From Chiloscyllium plagiosum (taxonomy: Eukaryota), in assembly GCF_004010195.1 (NCBI RefSeq), contig NC_057718.1, forward strand, positions 13,433,549 to 13,497,548: a stretch of DNA of 64,000 nucleotides. Direction: 5' to 3'. The notes beneath the pieces are model-generated. The model did not search any database. It was not told the DNA's origin and saw only the letters and a list, made by a program, of their open reading frames with translations. This document shows, in pieces, positions 13,601 to 27,338 of the stretch (position 1 is its first letter; each line of letters begins with the position of its first letter). Made by a program: the position numbers and the translations under genes.

Positions 13601-15871
13601 GAGGGTATCTCTCTTGCCTCAACTGAGGACTATTCCTGTCAAGACTTTGAGACATGGTCATTTGATTGATGTGCATGCATTATGTTTGCAACCTCTGCCA
13701 CAAGTGAGAGATTACTATAGCAAAATGTCATACAGCAAAATGGCTACCCCCTTGCCTCGTGACTGCTGACAATCATGACTAGCCTCCTGGTGCTGGATCT
13801 GTACTAAAACATGAAGTGTAATGTGCATTTAAGCTCTAGCTGAGGGGCCAAAGCACATAAAGGCAAGGTAGACATACTGTGTGCAAGTAGGTAAAAAGTG
13901 AGTGAGTGCTTAAAAAAAAAGTGAGAAATCCTAGGATGCAACTTGATCCAATCTATGAGTTGGGAGCCTGTCTCTATATCCTGGTAGCAGTATTATAACA
14001 AAAGACGCCAATCTGCTCCAAAGTGCAGTACTGAACTGGAAAAAAAACTGCATCTTAAGGGAATCAGTTATGTGCCATGAGGCTGGTACATGTCCAATGC
14101 CAACATACAGGTAGGGGAGGGTGCAGGCAGTTATTGCCAATGGAATGTGCCCTGAGATGTTGGAGATTGCTAGCCAAGATGGAAGTGTGGAAGAGCAAGC
14201 AAAAGCTGGAGTCCCCAGGTACCTATTCCTTCACATCAGGAACTCTTAGCTTCTAGTTTCTATCCAGCAGGTGGGAGAATGGGAAGCTGCACTTAAGTGA
14301 GCTAAGACTAACAAATAATGAGACATGCATACATGTAAAGACAGATACTTCAACATTTGTTTGGAAATTGGAATTTCTTGCTTGCAAAATGAAGAAACGC
14401 CTCATTCAATTTTCCCAATTTGCATGCCACCGCCCACCTCGTTCAGTACCTGGGAAGATTTCACACCGCATTTGACTTCATGCAGTGATGTAGACACACT
14501 ATAAACCTGAGCTAATAGCAATCAAACCTATTTCACCCAAGGTCCATATACACCCCAGAGACCTGATCCACTGTGGCACAGCAATGGAAGTCAAAAAGTG
14601 GTCATTAAAGCAACATTAATTTATTGTGAAAAATTATATATACAAGTCTGCATGTGTAAAACCACTGAAAATATAAAACTGTGATGGTTAGGTTTTAAAA
14701 ATTCAAATCAGTTCATGAAAAATATTTTAAAATTTCACGCTGAATCCTCAATGAATATTTCTGCACGAACTGTAGAACATGGAATATTCTCTTTAAAACA
14801 AAAGCACACAAAATACAATAAAATGCAATCTCAAACTACAGTTACTTATTTTAACATCATACACAATATCAAATGTGTCCATTCTCATTTCCAGTTTGTC
14901 TAACATGGGCTCAACAGCCTCCTCCTCCTCGTGCTGTAATGACTATGACTCATAATTAAGTAAACCTCAACTAATTAAAAAAAACTCTAAAGCAATTATG
15001 AAAGAGATCAGTTTTTAATTCGGAGACCTTAATAAAATTCCAAAGCTTGGATCTTAAAACAAGAAGTGTCATATTTTTTACTCTCAATTATTTTCTGCCC
15101 ATGCTTGAAATGAGAGGTTCAGGCTGGAAAACAACAAGCAGTTTTGCCTTCAAGCACCAAGATCAAGCACTCTAAAACAGACATGATTAAATCTCATTCA
15201 AGTTCATCTTAAATTGCCCTAACCCCAAGCTCCAAATGAGCAGTCTGCTGTTGTGCAAGACATTTATCATTTCATACCCTAACCAAAGGCTACATGGAGC
15301 AGATAGATAGAGTGTGATGCAGAATGACATAACAGTTTGGATTCAATTTCCAGCCACAGTGGTTGACGGAGGCTTCCTCATTTCTTTGCTGTGTGCTTGC
15401 ATAGTTTGAGTGGCACCACTCTGCATCACCAACATCTCTGTATAATGGAGACACAGTCCTTTATGGATCTTTCAGCAGCCAATGCCATACCCTCTGTTGA
15501 GTCAGGCAGTCAATTTAAGTGATATTCTTGCACTTTTGGAATTCAAGATCATTCCAAACTTATTTCATCTTCCAGCAATGGATTTTCATCATGTCTACCT
15601 GGACTACAGTCAAAGCTAGATCCAAGAAGCTGAAAACAATGAGTGTTAACCCACTGTGCTACTCAATGCCCTGAGGACCTTATCTAAAATAATCAAATGG
15701 TTATCAATAATTATTGGCAGTATCTATAGATTTGGTCTTTCATTCAGTGAAGTTTATACAGTGACCCATTGAACTCTTTAGCCTAGATATGGCTCCAGAA
15801 CACTACATTTGTAATGTAGTCTGTAGTCATTAATTGGAAATGGTATACCAAGAGAGGGGTTCAAACATAGT

Positions 15872-16096
15872 TAAAAATCACAACACCAGGTTATAGTCCA
15901 GCTGGTTTATTTGGAAGCACTAGCTTTCGGAGCGCTGCGCCTTCATCAGGTGGATGTGCAGTATACTCCACAATTACCTGAAGGAGCAGCGCTCTGAAAT
16001 ATAGTGCTTCCAAATAAACCTGTTGGACTATAACCTGGCATTTTGAGATTTTTAACTTTGTCCAGCCTAGTACAACACCAGCACCTCCAAATCATT
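15872..16096. mobile_element. Palindromic (inverted pseudo-LTR) Penelope-type element
   Basis: About 80-bp arms, 15869-15951 inverted against 15976-16057; degenerate 12-bp TSD ttcaaacatagt (15860-71) / ttcgaacacagt (16097-108). Confidence 0.85.
15918..15952 (-). ncRNA. Minimal type-I hammerhead ribozyme motif (second family)
   Basis: Minus strand reads CAC-CTGATGA-A-GGCGC-AGC-GCTCC-GAAA-GC-TA-GTG: 3-bp stem I (CAC/GTG), stem II with one mismatch, AGCT palindromic stem III. Confidence 0.75.
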
Positions 16097-17632
16097 TTCG
16101 AACACAGTAAGCCACTTTCTTTATAAGTTTTTTTTGGTATGGCCATGCAGAAGTGATGTCAACCCAGAAAAATCCTCATTAACCTATGGAGGTGATGCTC
16201 TTTAGGTGGTCTTTAAAAAATATATTTACAATGCAGATGCAGATCATTTGGCCCAACATGTCTATTCCATTGTTTGTGCTTCACATGAACCTCTTCCGAC
16301 TGCTTGCAGGAATCCCCAGTAACACATTAATATGAAACAAAGAAATGTAGATACTGGAAGTCTGAAACAAAAACAGAAATTGTTGTGGAACTCTTGGCAG
16401 CATTTGTGGTTCTTCAGAAAGGGTCACTGGACTCAAAACTTAACCTTGGCTTCTCTCCCCAGATGCACCAGTGACACATTCTTATTTTCCTTTCTTCCTC
16501 ATATGTTTATATTCACTATACCTTCAACACATCTGTATCATTCATCTCAACTGCACCTTGTGGTGGCAAGTTGTGGTCTAACCACACTCTGGTTAAAGAA
16601 ATCTTTCCTTAATTAGCAATTGGATCTAGTGCTGACCATCTTATATTTCTGGGACCTTGTTCTAGTCTTGCCTACAAATAGAAATATCTTCCACAGGCTT
16701 TCTTTATCATACTCTTAATATTTGAGACCTATTGTTAGATCTCAAAGTATCTAGATCATCATCCTTTAGTCACCTCCAGCTCAAGAGAAAAGCCCCAAAG
16801 CTTGCTGAATCTTTCCCGATAGGTTGCAGTAAAATTCAAGCAATTTTTCATTGCACCTCCTCCAGCATCTTAACATCGTTTTATAATGTAGCAATATAAA
16901 CTACTTTCAAATACCTGCTGCTTTTCAAATCTACACCTCTTGAAATGAATGTTTGTGCTCAATAAACTGTCATTGTTTGAAATTTTGCATTCTTGTATTT
17001 GTCCTATTGAGTACCAGAGGAAAATCTTCAGTATGGTGCCTCTCTTTTCAGGAAGATTCAAGAAAAACTATGTATAAATACAATTTGTTGCAACACTTAC
17101 ATTTCCAATTACCTCGGCCATCGCAATCTTTTGCGCTGTCTTAATTTATAAGTAGCAGGTTTAAGGTGGTACGGCTGATTTGAAAAACAATATGTGCAGC
17201 CATTGAGACACTCTGTTTCACTAGTTTAATTACTCAAAATATTCATTTTGGGGAAACATTCTAGCTGCTGATAGGAGGTCTGGGGTTTTCAAAGATGGTG
17301 CTTTTTCCTCCTACAAACAGTGGTAGAAATCTGAAAACTCTTACAACCTTAAATAACCACCAAAGAGCTTTTGAAGTCAATAGGGAAATTCAAAACTGAG
17401 ATACAGGTATATAGATTTGTTAGGTCAGAGAATTAAGGGGGTAGTGGGCCATGAGGTAATTGAATAATGGAATGGGCTTATTCCTCTTCCAATGTTGCTA
17501 TCCAATGGGAAAATAAAAATTATTGAAATATAAACATTAAAATCATACAAGTGAATTAATTTGGGCTTTGTATATCCAAGGCAGTTCCCTGCTTAATAAG
17601 GTCATTGTGTCCAGGATATCTTCCAGTAGCAC

Positions 17633-17638
17633 TTTATT
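17633..17638 (-). promoter_or_regulatory. Candidate TARBP1 polyadenylation signal AATAAA
   Basis: TTTATT on + strand, 65 nt past the stop codon; first canonical hexamer seen. No transcript evidence. Confidence 0.5.
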
Positions 17639-17703
17639 TTCACCAGATTATCTAAGGATTTGTAGATTTCCTCCACATTGACAAAAAGCTCTCTCTTTAA
17701 TTT

Positions 17704-17890
17704 TCACTTCAGTGCAGTCCCAGTTTGTGGTCTCGCACCTTGCTTCAACATCTGCTGGCGTGTGTACTCCCACATGAGCAAGGCTCCACTAACATGAACA
17801 TTGAGTGACCGGATGATACCACGTTGTGGGATTTCCACACAAACATCGAGGTGCTGGATCAAATTGGCTGGAATTCCCTCTCGTTCATTC
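17704..17890 (-). CDS. TARBP1: TARBP1 last coding exon (SAM-binding knot motifs 2/3, stop)
   Basis: Not in the ORF track; read by hand as (G)[61 protein letters not shown]. Acceptor atttctctag; completes the GG+G Gly codon; TGA at 17706-17704. Confidence 0.96.
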
Positions 17891-20394
17891 CTAGAGAAAT
17901 AAAATCGAACATGTAAACCTCAGGAAAAACACTGGCAGACTTTTCAAAATATTAATATAAAGAGAGAATAAATGTCTTCAAGCAACAGACAGGAAACTTA
18001 CAGCTTAATCATCATGAGTTAAAATATTGATTTGGCAGAACAACAAGGAGATTATATTTGAAAATAGGACAGAAACATTTACTACCCAAAGAAAATCTTC
18101 ATATTTTATTCCTTGCAAACATCTGATTCAAATGTTAAAATGTTATCTCATCTTGGAATTTTCTTCACTTATGCTTTCATGAACTGTCGGTGTCACTAGC
18201 AAGGCCAGTATTGATTGGCCAGCCATTACCATCAGAAGATAGTGAGCTATCCTTTTGAATCACTGCAGTTCACATACGGTAGGTACATCCACACTGCTGT
18301 ATAGGAATGGCAATGTAGTTCCAAATCAGGTTGGCAAATGGCAATTTCAGAGTTAGGAGTTAACCACATAGCATATCAGCAAGACCAGACTGGAATGGCA
18401 GATTTCCTTCCCTTCAGGACATTAGTAAACCCAATGCGTGCTTATAACAATCGATGAAAGATTATCGACTTGAAAGGTCACAGAAAACATGCTGCTATAG
18501 AAATGGATTGTAAAGCATGTAAACCAAAATTACTACAAATTCACCAGTTATTAGCCCAAAAATATTTAAATTATAAAGATCAATGTGGAAATGAGCTATA
18601 GTTTAACTGACATAGGGAGTTGCATTACTAAAGTGAAATCATCACTGTTAATGAATCCATTTTTGAAGGAATAATCCCCTGTTATGTCATAAGGAGCTAG
18701 CCTCAACCAATAGGAACAGTAACAATGTCTCATAGGAAGTAATCTAATTGTTAGCCCTTTTCAAAACTATATACACAGTTTTTTTTTGTTCCTAGGAATT
18801 TTCTGTCCCTTTTCTTAGGACATGTACAGGTCATATTTATCCGTTAACTAACATCACTAAAACAGGTTATCTGATCATTATCACATTGGTGTTTTTGGGC
18901 TAATTTGCTGAATGTTGTACAAATCATTTACTGAGTTCCCTACATTTTAGAAAGACTAAACATTTTGGGGCATTCAGATGAGCTCTGAAGTGAAATAGTC
19001 AGCCAACATTAAAAACTCAGAGATACAAACAGAGATGAATTTACAGATTGACCTATGTTTAAGTCTGTTGACAATGGCTCTATGGAGACTGCAAACTCAA
19101 AGCAACAGAGAAAGCAAAATATGGTCTAAGATTCTCACGTGTACATAAAGAATGAAAACGACAGTCATTTGAACAGAACTCTGTCATCTTAGAATATTAC
19201 ACTGGCAATATCCCTAATGCTAAAGACAGGTGGTTGCAAAATGAAGAACTTAAAGTCTCCACCAAAAACAATCTGGCAAATAAGAATCTTTTTGTGCAAT
19301 ATATAAGTAAAGGCTGGCATGTACAGTTTAACGGAGGGCAAAGCAATATGTCTGCTACTTTACCAATTTAGAAATCTGAGAGATGAAAGTGAAAAATGGA
19401 CTCCCCAATGGTTTAGTGAAAACTGTGTTAGACAAATGAAACAGTCGGTAACTTTTTATATATATAAGGCTTTTAGATGGACAACATGCATTAATTTTCT
19501 AGTAACTCAAATTCCATTGTCCGCCCAATTAACCTCTTGATTTTTCCATTGTACATGACGTACACTTAAATTAGCTTTCCAGTTTTCCACACAGCAATGC
19601 TGTTTGCCCAGAGATTGCTGAATCATTATCCTGGGAGCAAACATTGCCACGGAAGTCTATAAACAACTTAAGGCATTGGAATAAAGTCAGATTTATAAAA
19701 ATGCACAACACAAAGGGATTTAACTTCTGATCTGCACCATTTTTATCACATTGATTAATGTTAAATTCTGGTATCTATTAAGTTAATGCAATTGTTCAAC
19801 AACAGAAAAGGCTGGAAAAGCTTAGTTGGTCAAACAGAACAGCGAGCAACATGAGGTTATTCCAGGTTGAATACTTCAGATCACACCTAAAACTTTAACA
19901 CCTACTTTCTCTCTCTGCTGATCGACTTGCCATATATGTTTTAGCTCTTGCTGTTTGAATTTCAGATTTCTAGTACCTGCACTATTTTGCTGTTGTCTTA
20001 CAGCTTAATGTAAACCTGTTTAAAACAAACAGCTGTCAATATAGCACACACAAAAAGTTAAACACATGAACCACAATTAAAAATTGTGAAGTTTCTAGTA
20101 AATTTATCAGTAGGAAATTATTGTTAGTGCATTTCTTCCATAACTGAATTCTTCCTTGCTGATCAGGACATGCCAAGGTTAAAAACTAGTCACCTAACAA
20201 AAAACTCAAATAATAATATGCATCAAGGTTTTGTAGTCTGCAAACCTCAAAATGCATCAGCAATCAGAATGAAAAGGTGGTTTAACATGTTGTTAAGCTC
20301 AGAGTCATTACTATACTTTAATTCATTCAAATGAAGTTCAACATGGTGCAAAAAGGTTTCCGCAAACGTGGAATTCTAATCCAGAAAGGATGTT

Positions 20395-20740
20395 TAAAGA
20401 ATCCCTACAGTGCAGAAACTGGCCATTCAGCGCAATAAGTCCACACCACCTCTCGGAAGAGCATCCCACCCAGACTCACTCCCTACCCTATCCCTGCAAC
20501 CAACATTTCCCATGGCTAATCCACCTAACTGATACATCCCTGGACACTATGGGCAATTTATCATGGCAATCCACCTAACCTGCACATCTTTGGACTGTGG
20601 GAAGAAACCAGAGCTCCCGGAGGAGGCCCACGCTGACACAGGGAGAATGTGCAAACTCCACATGCTGTGTGGAGCTGAAACTGAACCCGGGTACCTGGCG
20701 CTGTGAGACAGCAGTACTAACTACTCAGCCACCGTGCCGG
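20395..20740 (-). mobile_element. HE1-like tRNA-derived SINE
   Basis: Minus strand cggcacggtggctgagtagttagtactgctgtctcacagcgccagg ... ccacagtccaaagatgtgcaggttagg, then a CR1-type tail. Confidence 0.85.
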
Positions 20741-23700
20741 AAAGCACAGAACTACAACCAAACATCTGCACACATTTTCATAATTTACTTACACATTTAC
20801 ATATTACATGCATACAGCAATCCCTACATTTCAAAAGTATAGGCTGTACAGCCTTTCCAGATATTCAGTGGTCATGAAAAGGGCTAAATGTAAGACTTCT
20901 TTTTTAATCCAAAAATTAAATTTGGTCCATGTCTATTTTAAATTAGTACTCAAGGTATTTTTTGAATTAACCTGTTCAGGGATTTTATGGCATACCTCTG
21001 GAACAGATGGGACCTGAACCCAGGTCTTCCAGCCCAAAGGTAAGAACACTACCAACACAGCACAAGAGCCCTTATAATTATGACAAAATAGCACACAGCA
21101 TATAAATTCTCAAAAATTGGTACTCAAGTGAATCCCCAGTTAATTATCACCGCCTGCATACAATTAAACACAATTAATGTCCAATTAACACCAGGCTGCA
21201 GCAGAATGGTCACAAAACATTTGTTGAATTTTTCAGGAAAGAATCAAACCAATTCATTCACTTACATAGATCATGTGGGACTATGGGCAATGGCCCGTTT
21301 ATTTGGTAATAGTAATTAAATACCCGTATAAACGTTATCGCAATACTGATATAAGTCAGTAGTGTCAAGATAATTAAGATAAAATCAAAAGAAAATGTGA
21401 TGTCAAAACCTATAAATGTAATTAAACCACCTGGCCTCAGCATAAATGAAAACGTACTGAGGTTATTAGACAAAATGAGCAGAAGCAATTCTTCTGTTGA
21501 AATCTTGTTCAATTCAATTCTGCAATGGAGCCCCCTCTGGACGAATGAATGGCATTCAAATGAAGTTGCTGTTCATTAGATAATTTATTTTCTGTTAAAC
21601 CAGTGGTACAGTGATAAATGCTTTAGTGGAAACAATAATACAAGAGGGCTCCCAAAAGGTAATAAACCAGTGCTTGAGTGATACAGGATAAACTACACTA
21701 TCACATGGGTAGCAGATACACCATTGATAAATTCACGTCTTTTTCTACCCTGGTACAATTCCAGCTCACTTACAACATACCGATTGCATTCCACTAACGA
21801 AAGGAGCACCACTAACCTGGGCTACAACAACTTTTGGATTCAGATCAAATAATCTTAATTTTGCGAAAATTGTTTTGGAAAATACAATATAACTAGCCCT
21901 GTCAGCATAATGCATTTAAGGTGTTCCATTTATACAATTGGATTAATGCTTTTCACAGTCAGTAACATGCAACTACTATGTAGTCACTTGCAGCTGAACT
22001 TTGCTGCTGTTTTATTTTGTGGTGTTTATCTTCCCAGCTGATAAGAGTCAACTGCAGTACTCAGAATATTCAACATAGCAGCTAATATAACCATACAGAA
22101 AAAGTAAATGCAAAACATTGCATTAAACACTAAGGCAGGTGAATCAGGCTCAAATTATTAAAAGAAAATTTCAAGGCAAATCATGGAGATCTTCATATTG
22201 CAAGATTACTATATAGAATGGACTCTCAGGCTTGATTAGTGAAATCGTTAAAGAATTTGGAGTGATATGGGTCAAGTGCAGGCAGATGGGACTGGTTTAA
22301 TTTGGGATTATGGTCAGAATGGACTGCTGGACCAAAGTTTCCGTTTCCGTGTTGTATGACTCTATGACTATAACTAAACACCGAAACCACTTTCATGCTA
22401 GAGACACTAAATCATCATCATCTTTGGATACCACCTATGAAAATCTGCTCCAACTGTTTAGTGTGTTAAATTAGCAATGTCTGTAGCCTTCTCCTTTCGC
22501 ACAGACTTCAAAATCTTGCCTCGGTCAGTTTATGCAGTAAGTGTCTTTGACTGTAACAAATGGGCAGAGATCAGGTGGCTGTGGCTACCGAATGGCAGAA
22601 ATTCAAAGCAGCTTTTTGGAACAATATGCTTAAAGAAACTAACCCTTTTATTATTTCCACCTACTTCTCATCCATCTTTTCCTAACGGAGGGGATGATCA
22701 GCCAAACTCCAGTACAATTAGATAACCCACCAGTAGGAGGTGTGTCAGAACAGACAGGCAAGACAATAGTGATGTCTTCGCCTTTCCTTGGAGACATTTT
22801 TCCCTATCAGGGTCAGTTGAGACCAGGAATTCAATATGATCAGGCTTATTATGAATTGCAGGCAAATCACATGTCTCACTATTCCATGGTACAGCACAAA
22901 TACTTCCATTCATACAGCTCATTTAATGTAGAGAAACATTCCATGGTGCTTCACAGAGGAACAATAGAACAGCAACTTGATAACACCAACAAAGCTGCAC
23001 ATTCTTACTCCTTGAATTGCATGTGTAACTTCCGTAAATCTTTGCTGGGACAATTACATTTTGCTAATCACAAAGTACAACATCTAAAATATATCCAGTT
23101 CAGACTTGGTTTAAAATAGACATAGGTAATTTTCTACTGTTGTGTTGGAAATAATTTGGAATTTGTGAGGATATTGATATTTCCTGCAGAAAAGATGTAA
23201 TACTTTGTTCAGTTTTATCCCTTATATATAATCAGAAATTCAGATATATCATAGAAGTTCTCAGCTTAAAACTGAGCTTATTTTATGTAACTCAAAACCT
23301 TTGATTTATTGTAACATATTACTCAAAGACTTGCCCTACACTTTTAAATTAACTTAATGTATAACACTGATTTATCAAAATGCAAGGAACTTCTACATAC
23401 CATTAATGGCTTCCTTTTCTGAGCTAATATTCTACTCCCTTAGAAAGACTAACTCTGCCTCTTTGCAGATTTTGCCTAACCTGCTAAGCTTTTGCAGCAT
23501 TTTGTGTTATTTCAGATTTCCACAGTCTGCAGTATTTTGCTTTTGTATGAGTTTAACTTAAACTTTCGATCCTAGTCAGTTTCCTTTTCCAAGACATGCT
23601 ATTGATGCATTACGAGAATGCTGACTTTGTTGATTCCTCGGTAAACTTGCTGTTTGTTTCATAAAATATTTGTTCAAAACTCTGCCGTTTATCAGTTGCA

Positions 23701-25004
23701 TCAGTTCTGTAACATACACCATCTGCTTAACTCATTAGATGATCCAGAGATACAAGACTTATTCAGACATCACAAGGTTAAGAGCTATTGACTTTCACAG
23801 CACTTGACTACGCTTATAACATGATGCAATTCCTAGGATGAGGAATCAAATTGAAGCATGTTAGCCAACTGCGTGACAGAAAGGATTTTGCTTCGTACTC
23901 CCTGTTTTCCTGGTAGATTTCACCCAAAACCATTTCGAAATAAATGTGCTAGTTTTCATGCAACACACATGGGCCTGTCAGTTATGGTCAGTTTTTTTTT
24001 CACTAAAGCTTCTGTGGAGTATTAGCCCCTCAGCTCTTAACTGGAAAGAGTCCAATCACCTTGTTCCTGCAATGTTCAAAACCTCTAAGCTGCATCAGCT
24101 TCAATGTTGCCAAAATTGTGACCGATACACTGGTAGCAACACAAAAAGAAAGCAATAGCAAATAACGGTTCAGGGTAAAAGTGGAAGTGCTCCCGCCTTT
24201 CACCTTTCCCTCGAACAACATTTCCTACCCCACTCTATTTACCATTCCATCACAGTCACAGACTTCCTTCTCTCCTCTCCACATGTTGAGTAAGGCGTAT
24301 ATACATTTTCTGCACTCCTGGTTTGAGAAACCTAGGAATTGGTTTGAATCTTCCCCAGTTTCTACCAACTGATTCAAGCTTTTAAACATCCCTTATCCCA
24401 TACAGGATTGTTATTACTTAGCTCTGAACAAAAGTCATACTAGACTTGAAATGTTCTGCTTCTCTCCAGATCTGCTTCCAGACCTGCTGAGTCTCTGAAG
24501 CACTTTTTGTTTTCATTGTCAACTTCCCTGTTCTATAAGCAGTGACCTCCTTGGTTTCTCAATAGAACTGCTAGAGACAAAAATGGTATTATGTCCATCA
24601 CATGAAATAGTGCAATTGCCTTTTCTAAAATGTATGAATTGTAAGATTTCTGCTATCAACAGAAGGAAAAGAAATTAAAACATGGCTCATAAATGTCTCG
24701 TTAATAGGGCTCCACAGGGAAGGCGAGAATAAACTCCATCAGAAAAAGGAATAGGAGAATTCAAGCAAAAACAAAAAGACAGTTTCCTGCATGTTAAGTC
24801 TATCTGGTGTACTATACAGTAACTGTTCCTAATTTAGCTCAATAGCTAATTACACACTCCCAAACAAGAGAAATACTCAAAATATAAACACTTAGAGTGC
24901 CATAACTGATTGCATATTTCTCAAATTTTCTATGTGCCATTATACAAGTGATTATATACATTTTTAAATAGGATTTAAATATGATTTTAAATAGCTACCC
25001 CCCT

Positions 25005-25302
25005 TGCATGGGGTAGTGTACAAAATCCCATGCAAGGATTGCACAAAATACTGCATAGGACAAACAGGAAGACAGCTAACGATCCACATCCATGAACACC
25101 AACTAGCCACGAAACAACACGACCAGCTATCCTTAGTAGCCACACACTCAGATGACAAGCAACATGAATTCGACTGGGACNNNNNNNNNNNNNNNNTGTC
25201 ACCTAGACAGGGGATGAAATGTCTGCAACACAAATTCCCAGCTCGGCGAACAGAACCACAACAACGAGCACCCGAGCTACAAATCTTCTCACAAACTTTG
25301 AA
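25005..25302 (+). mobile_element. Penelope-like element 3' fragment with GIY-YIG endonuclease remnant
   Basis: GVVYKIPCKDCTKYCIGQTGRQLTIHIHEH...HEFDWD has the PLE GIY-YIG pattern (VVY-x3-CxxC...IGQTGR...EH); a pLTR-like tail follows the N gap. Confidence 0.9.
25181..25196. other. Assembly gap (16 N)
   Basis: Run of n characters. Confidence 1.
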
Positions 25303-25674
25303 TTTTTGAATAGGAGCATGCCATGCAGCTGCTTGTGACAAGATTACTCAGGGGATGGTTACATGCTCAATTTTAACATTCTTATTATAGAAATGACATT
25401 AAAAACAGAGAGACCATACACCATAGATTCACGAGAAGGATGCTTAAGATGTGAAACCACAGCTAACATAAGAGAATTGGCAGGGGAGGTGGAAATGAAA
25501 TGCAATCAGAATTTTAAAAACTTTGTAATAAGTTTTCAAAAAAAAAAAATTAGTAGGGGAAGACTATTCATGCTGGTTGCTGAAGGTTTGGCAACTTAAA
25601 TAGATGACAAAAAGAGAGGTTAGGTAAAATTCCCATATGCAGAAGGGCATTCCATCAAAGTATAATTTACCATA

Positions 25675-26265
25675 AGAACTAGAAGCAGACAACTCAGCCC
25701 TTGAGCGTACTCTACCATTCATTAGGATTGTGGCTGATCTCATCGTGGCCTCAACTCCACTTTCCTGCTCATTCTCCATAACCCTCAAACCCATTGCTAA
25801 TTAAATATCTGTTGTTCTTCTTCTTTAACTTATTCAAATGTCCCAGGATCCACCACATTTTATATTAGTGAATTCTACAATTTCACAACCCCATGAGAAA
25901 AGTAATTCCTCATCTATTTTAAAATCTGCTACCCTTTATCCTAAGTGTGAGCTCTTGTTCTAGATTGCTCCACAAGGGGAAACATCTGCTCTGCGTCTAC
26001 TTTGTCAATCCCTTTGAACATCACCTACACTTCAATTAGATCTTATTTCTCCAGAAACTTTAGTCCGAAACTTCTCAATTTCTTTTTATAGGACACGCTG
26101 CTCATCTCTGGAGTCAATTTACTGAACTTCCCCTGAATTGATGCCAATGCAACTACATCCCCCTCTAGTAAGGGGACCAAATTGCACACAATATTCCAGG
26201 TATGGTCTCATTAATGCTGTGCACAGCTGCAACAACACTTTCCACCTTTAGACTCTATTGTTTTA
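25675..26265 (-). mobile_element. Degenerate CR1-like 3' fragment
   Basis: Similar to 31100-31775 and to the reverse of 53440-53775. Confidence 0.7.
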
Positions 26266-27048
26266 GCAGTTGGTAGATACCATAGGTACATTTTACCATT
26301 GAAGCAGAGACCATCATTTTAGAAAAGAGAAGACAAACATTTGAAAAGGGAAGAATATACCTTCATATACATATGAAGAGAAAGCAGGGTAGTGGATTTA
26401 ATTTAGGATTACTCTAACAAAGCGCAAACACAGAAACAGTGGTGCATGACTTTCTATCTTTGGTGTAAATTTCTATGCTCTGATAATATTACATTATAAG
26501 TGGTGATTATGGTGAATTTTTCAAAGTTCTTTTGGCAGAACATTTCCACATACCACTCTTTCTTGTTTTTCTCAGTCCCTCTCTCTCTGGAAACAATGAG
26601 TTGCTCTTCCAACCAAATATATAGCTTGCTTTAACAACACTATATGATGATTTACTTCAGAACTCTTCATTTTCTAAAACAAGTGAATTTTTATTTTGAA
26701 TGTTGAACTCTACCGCTGTATATGCTTGCAAATTGAATACATTGGTCTACAAGGTACAAACTTACTGTGCACATTTACTGTATAATGTACACCTGCCCTG
26801 ACAAGATATAGCAATGTTCCCATTAACTGAACTAATGAAAATTAAAACTGAGAAACAGGTAATGCAAGTAATTTAAAAATAAACCCTGAAAATGCTTTGA
26901 AACAGTTGCATACTAAAGCACTTCCAAGCCTTCGAGGTGAATATTTTTCCTTTTTGGCTGATTTTCTCCACATCTTCATTGAACTACAGTTCACTCTATG
27001 GCATTCACACTCAAACATCTACACTGGACAATAACTTGAGAAAGCTGT

Positions 27049-27330
27049 GGGTGGCATGGTGGCTCAATGGTTAGCACTGCTGCCCCACAGCGCCAGGGAC
27101 CCAAGTTTGATTCCACCCTCAGGCGACTGTCTGTGTGTGGAGTTTGCACATTCTACCAGTATCTTCATGGGTTTTCCAGTTTCCTCCCACAGTTCAAAGA
27201 TGTGCAAGTTAGGTGGATTTGCCGTGGGAAATGCAGGGTTACAGGGATCAGGTAGGGGAATGGGTCTGGTAGGGATCCTCTTCAGAGACCTGGACTAACT
27301 GGCCTATTTCCACACTGTACGGATTCTTTG
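27049..27330 (+). mobile_element. HE1-like SINE
   Basis: ggcatggtggctcaatggttagcactgctgcc (A box), gtttgattcc (B-box-like), cccacagttcaaagatgtgcaagttagg. Confidence 0.85.
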
Positions 27331-27338
27331 GAAAACTA

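Noticed and set aside
1..17600. COA6 or another gene tail-to-tail with TARBP1, as in human
   Set aside because: I saw no COA6-like (twin CX9C, YFDKRR) coding sequence. Small exons could have been missed by eye.
22694..23119. 141-aa ORF and most other short track ORFs
   Set aside because: No recognisable domains or splice context; consistent with chance ORFs or antisense frames of repeats.
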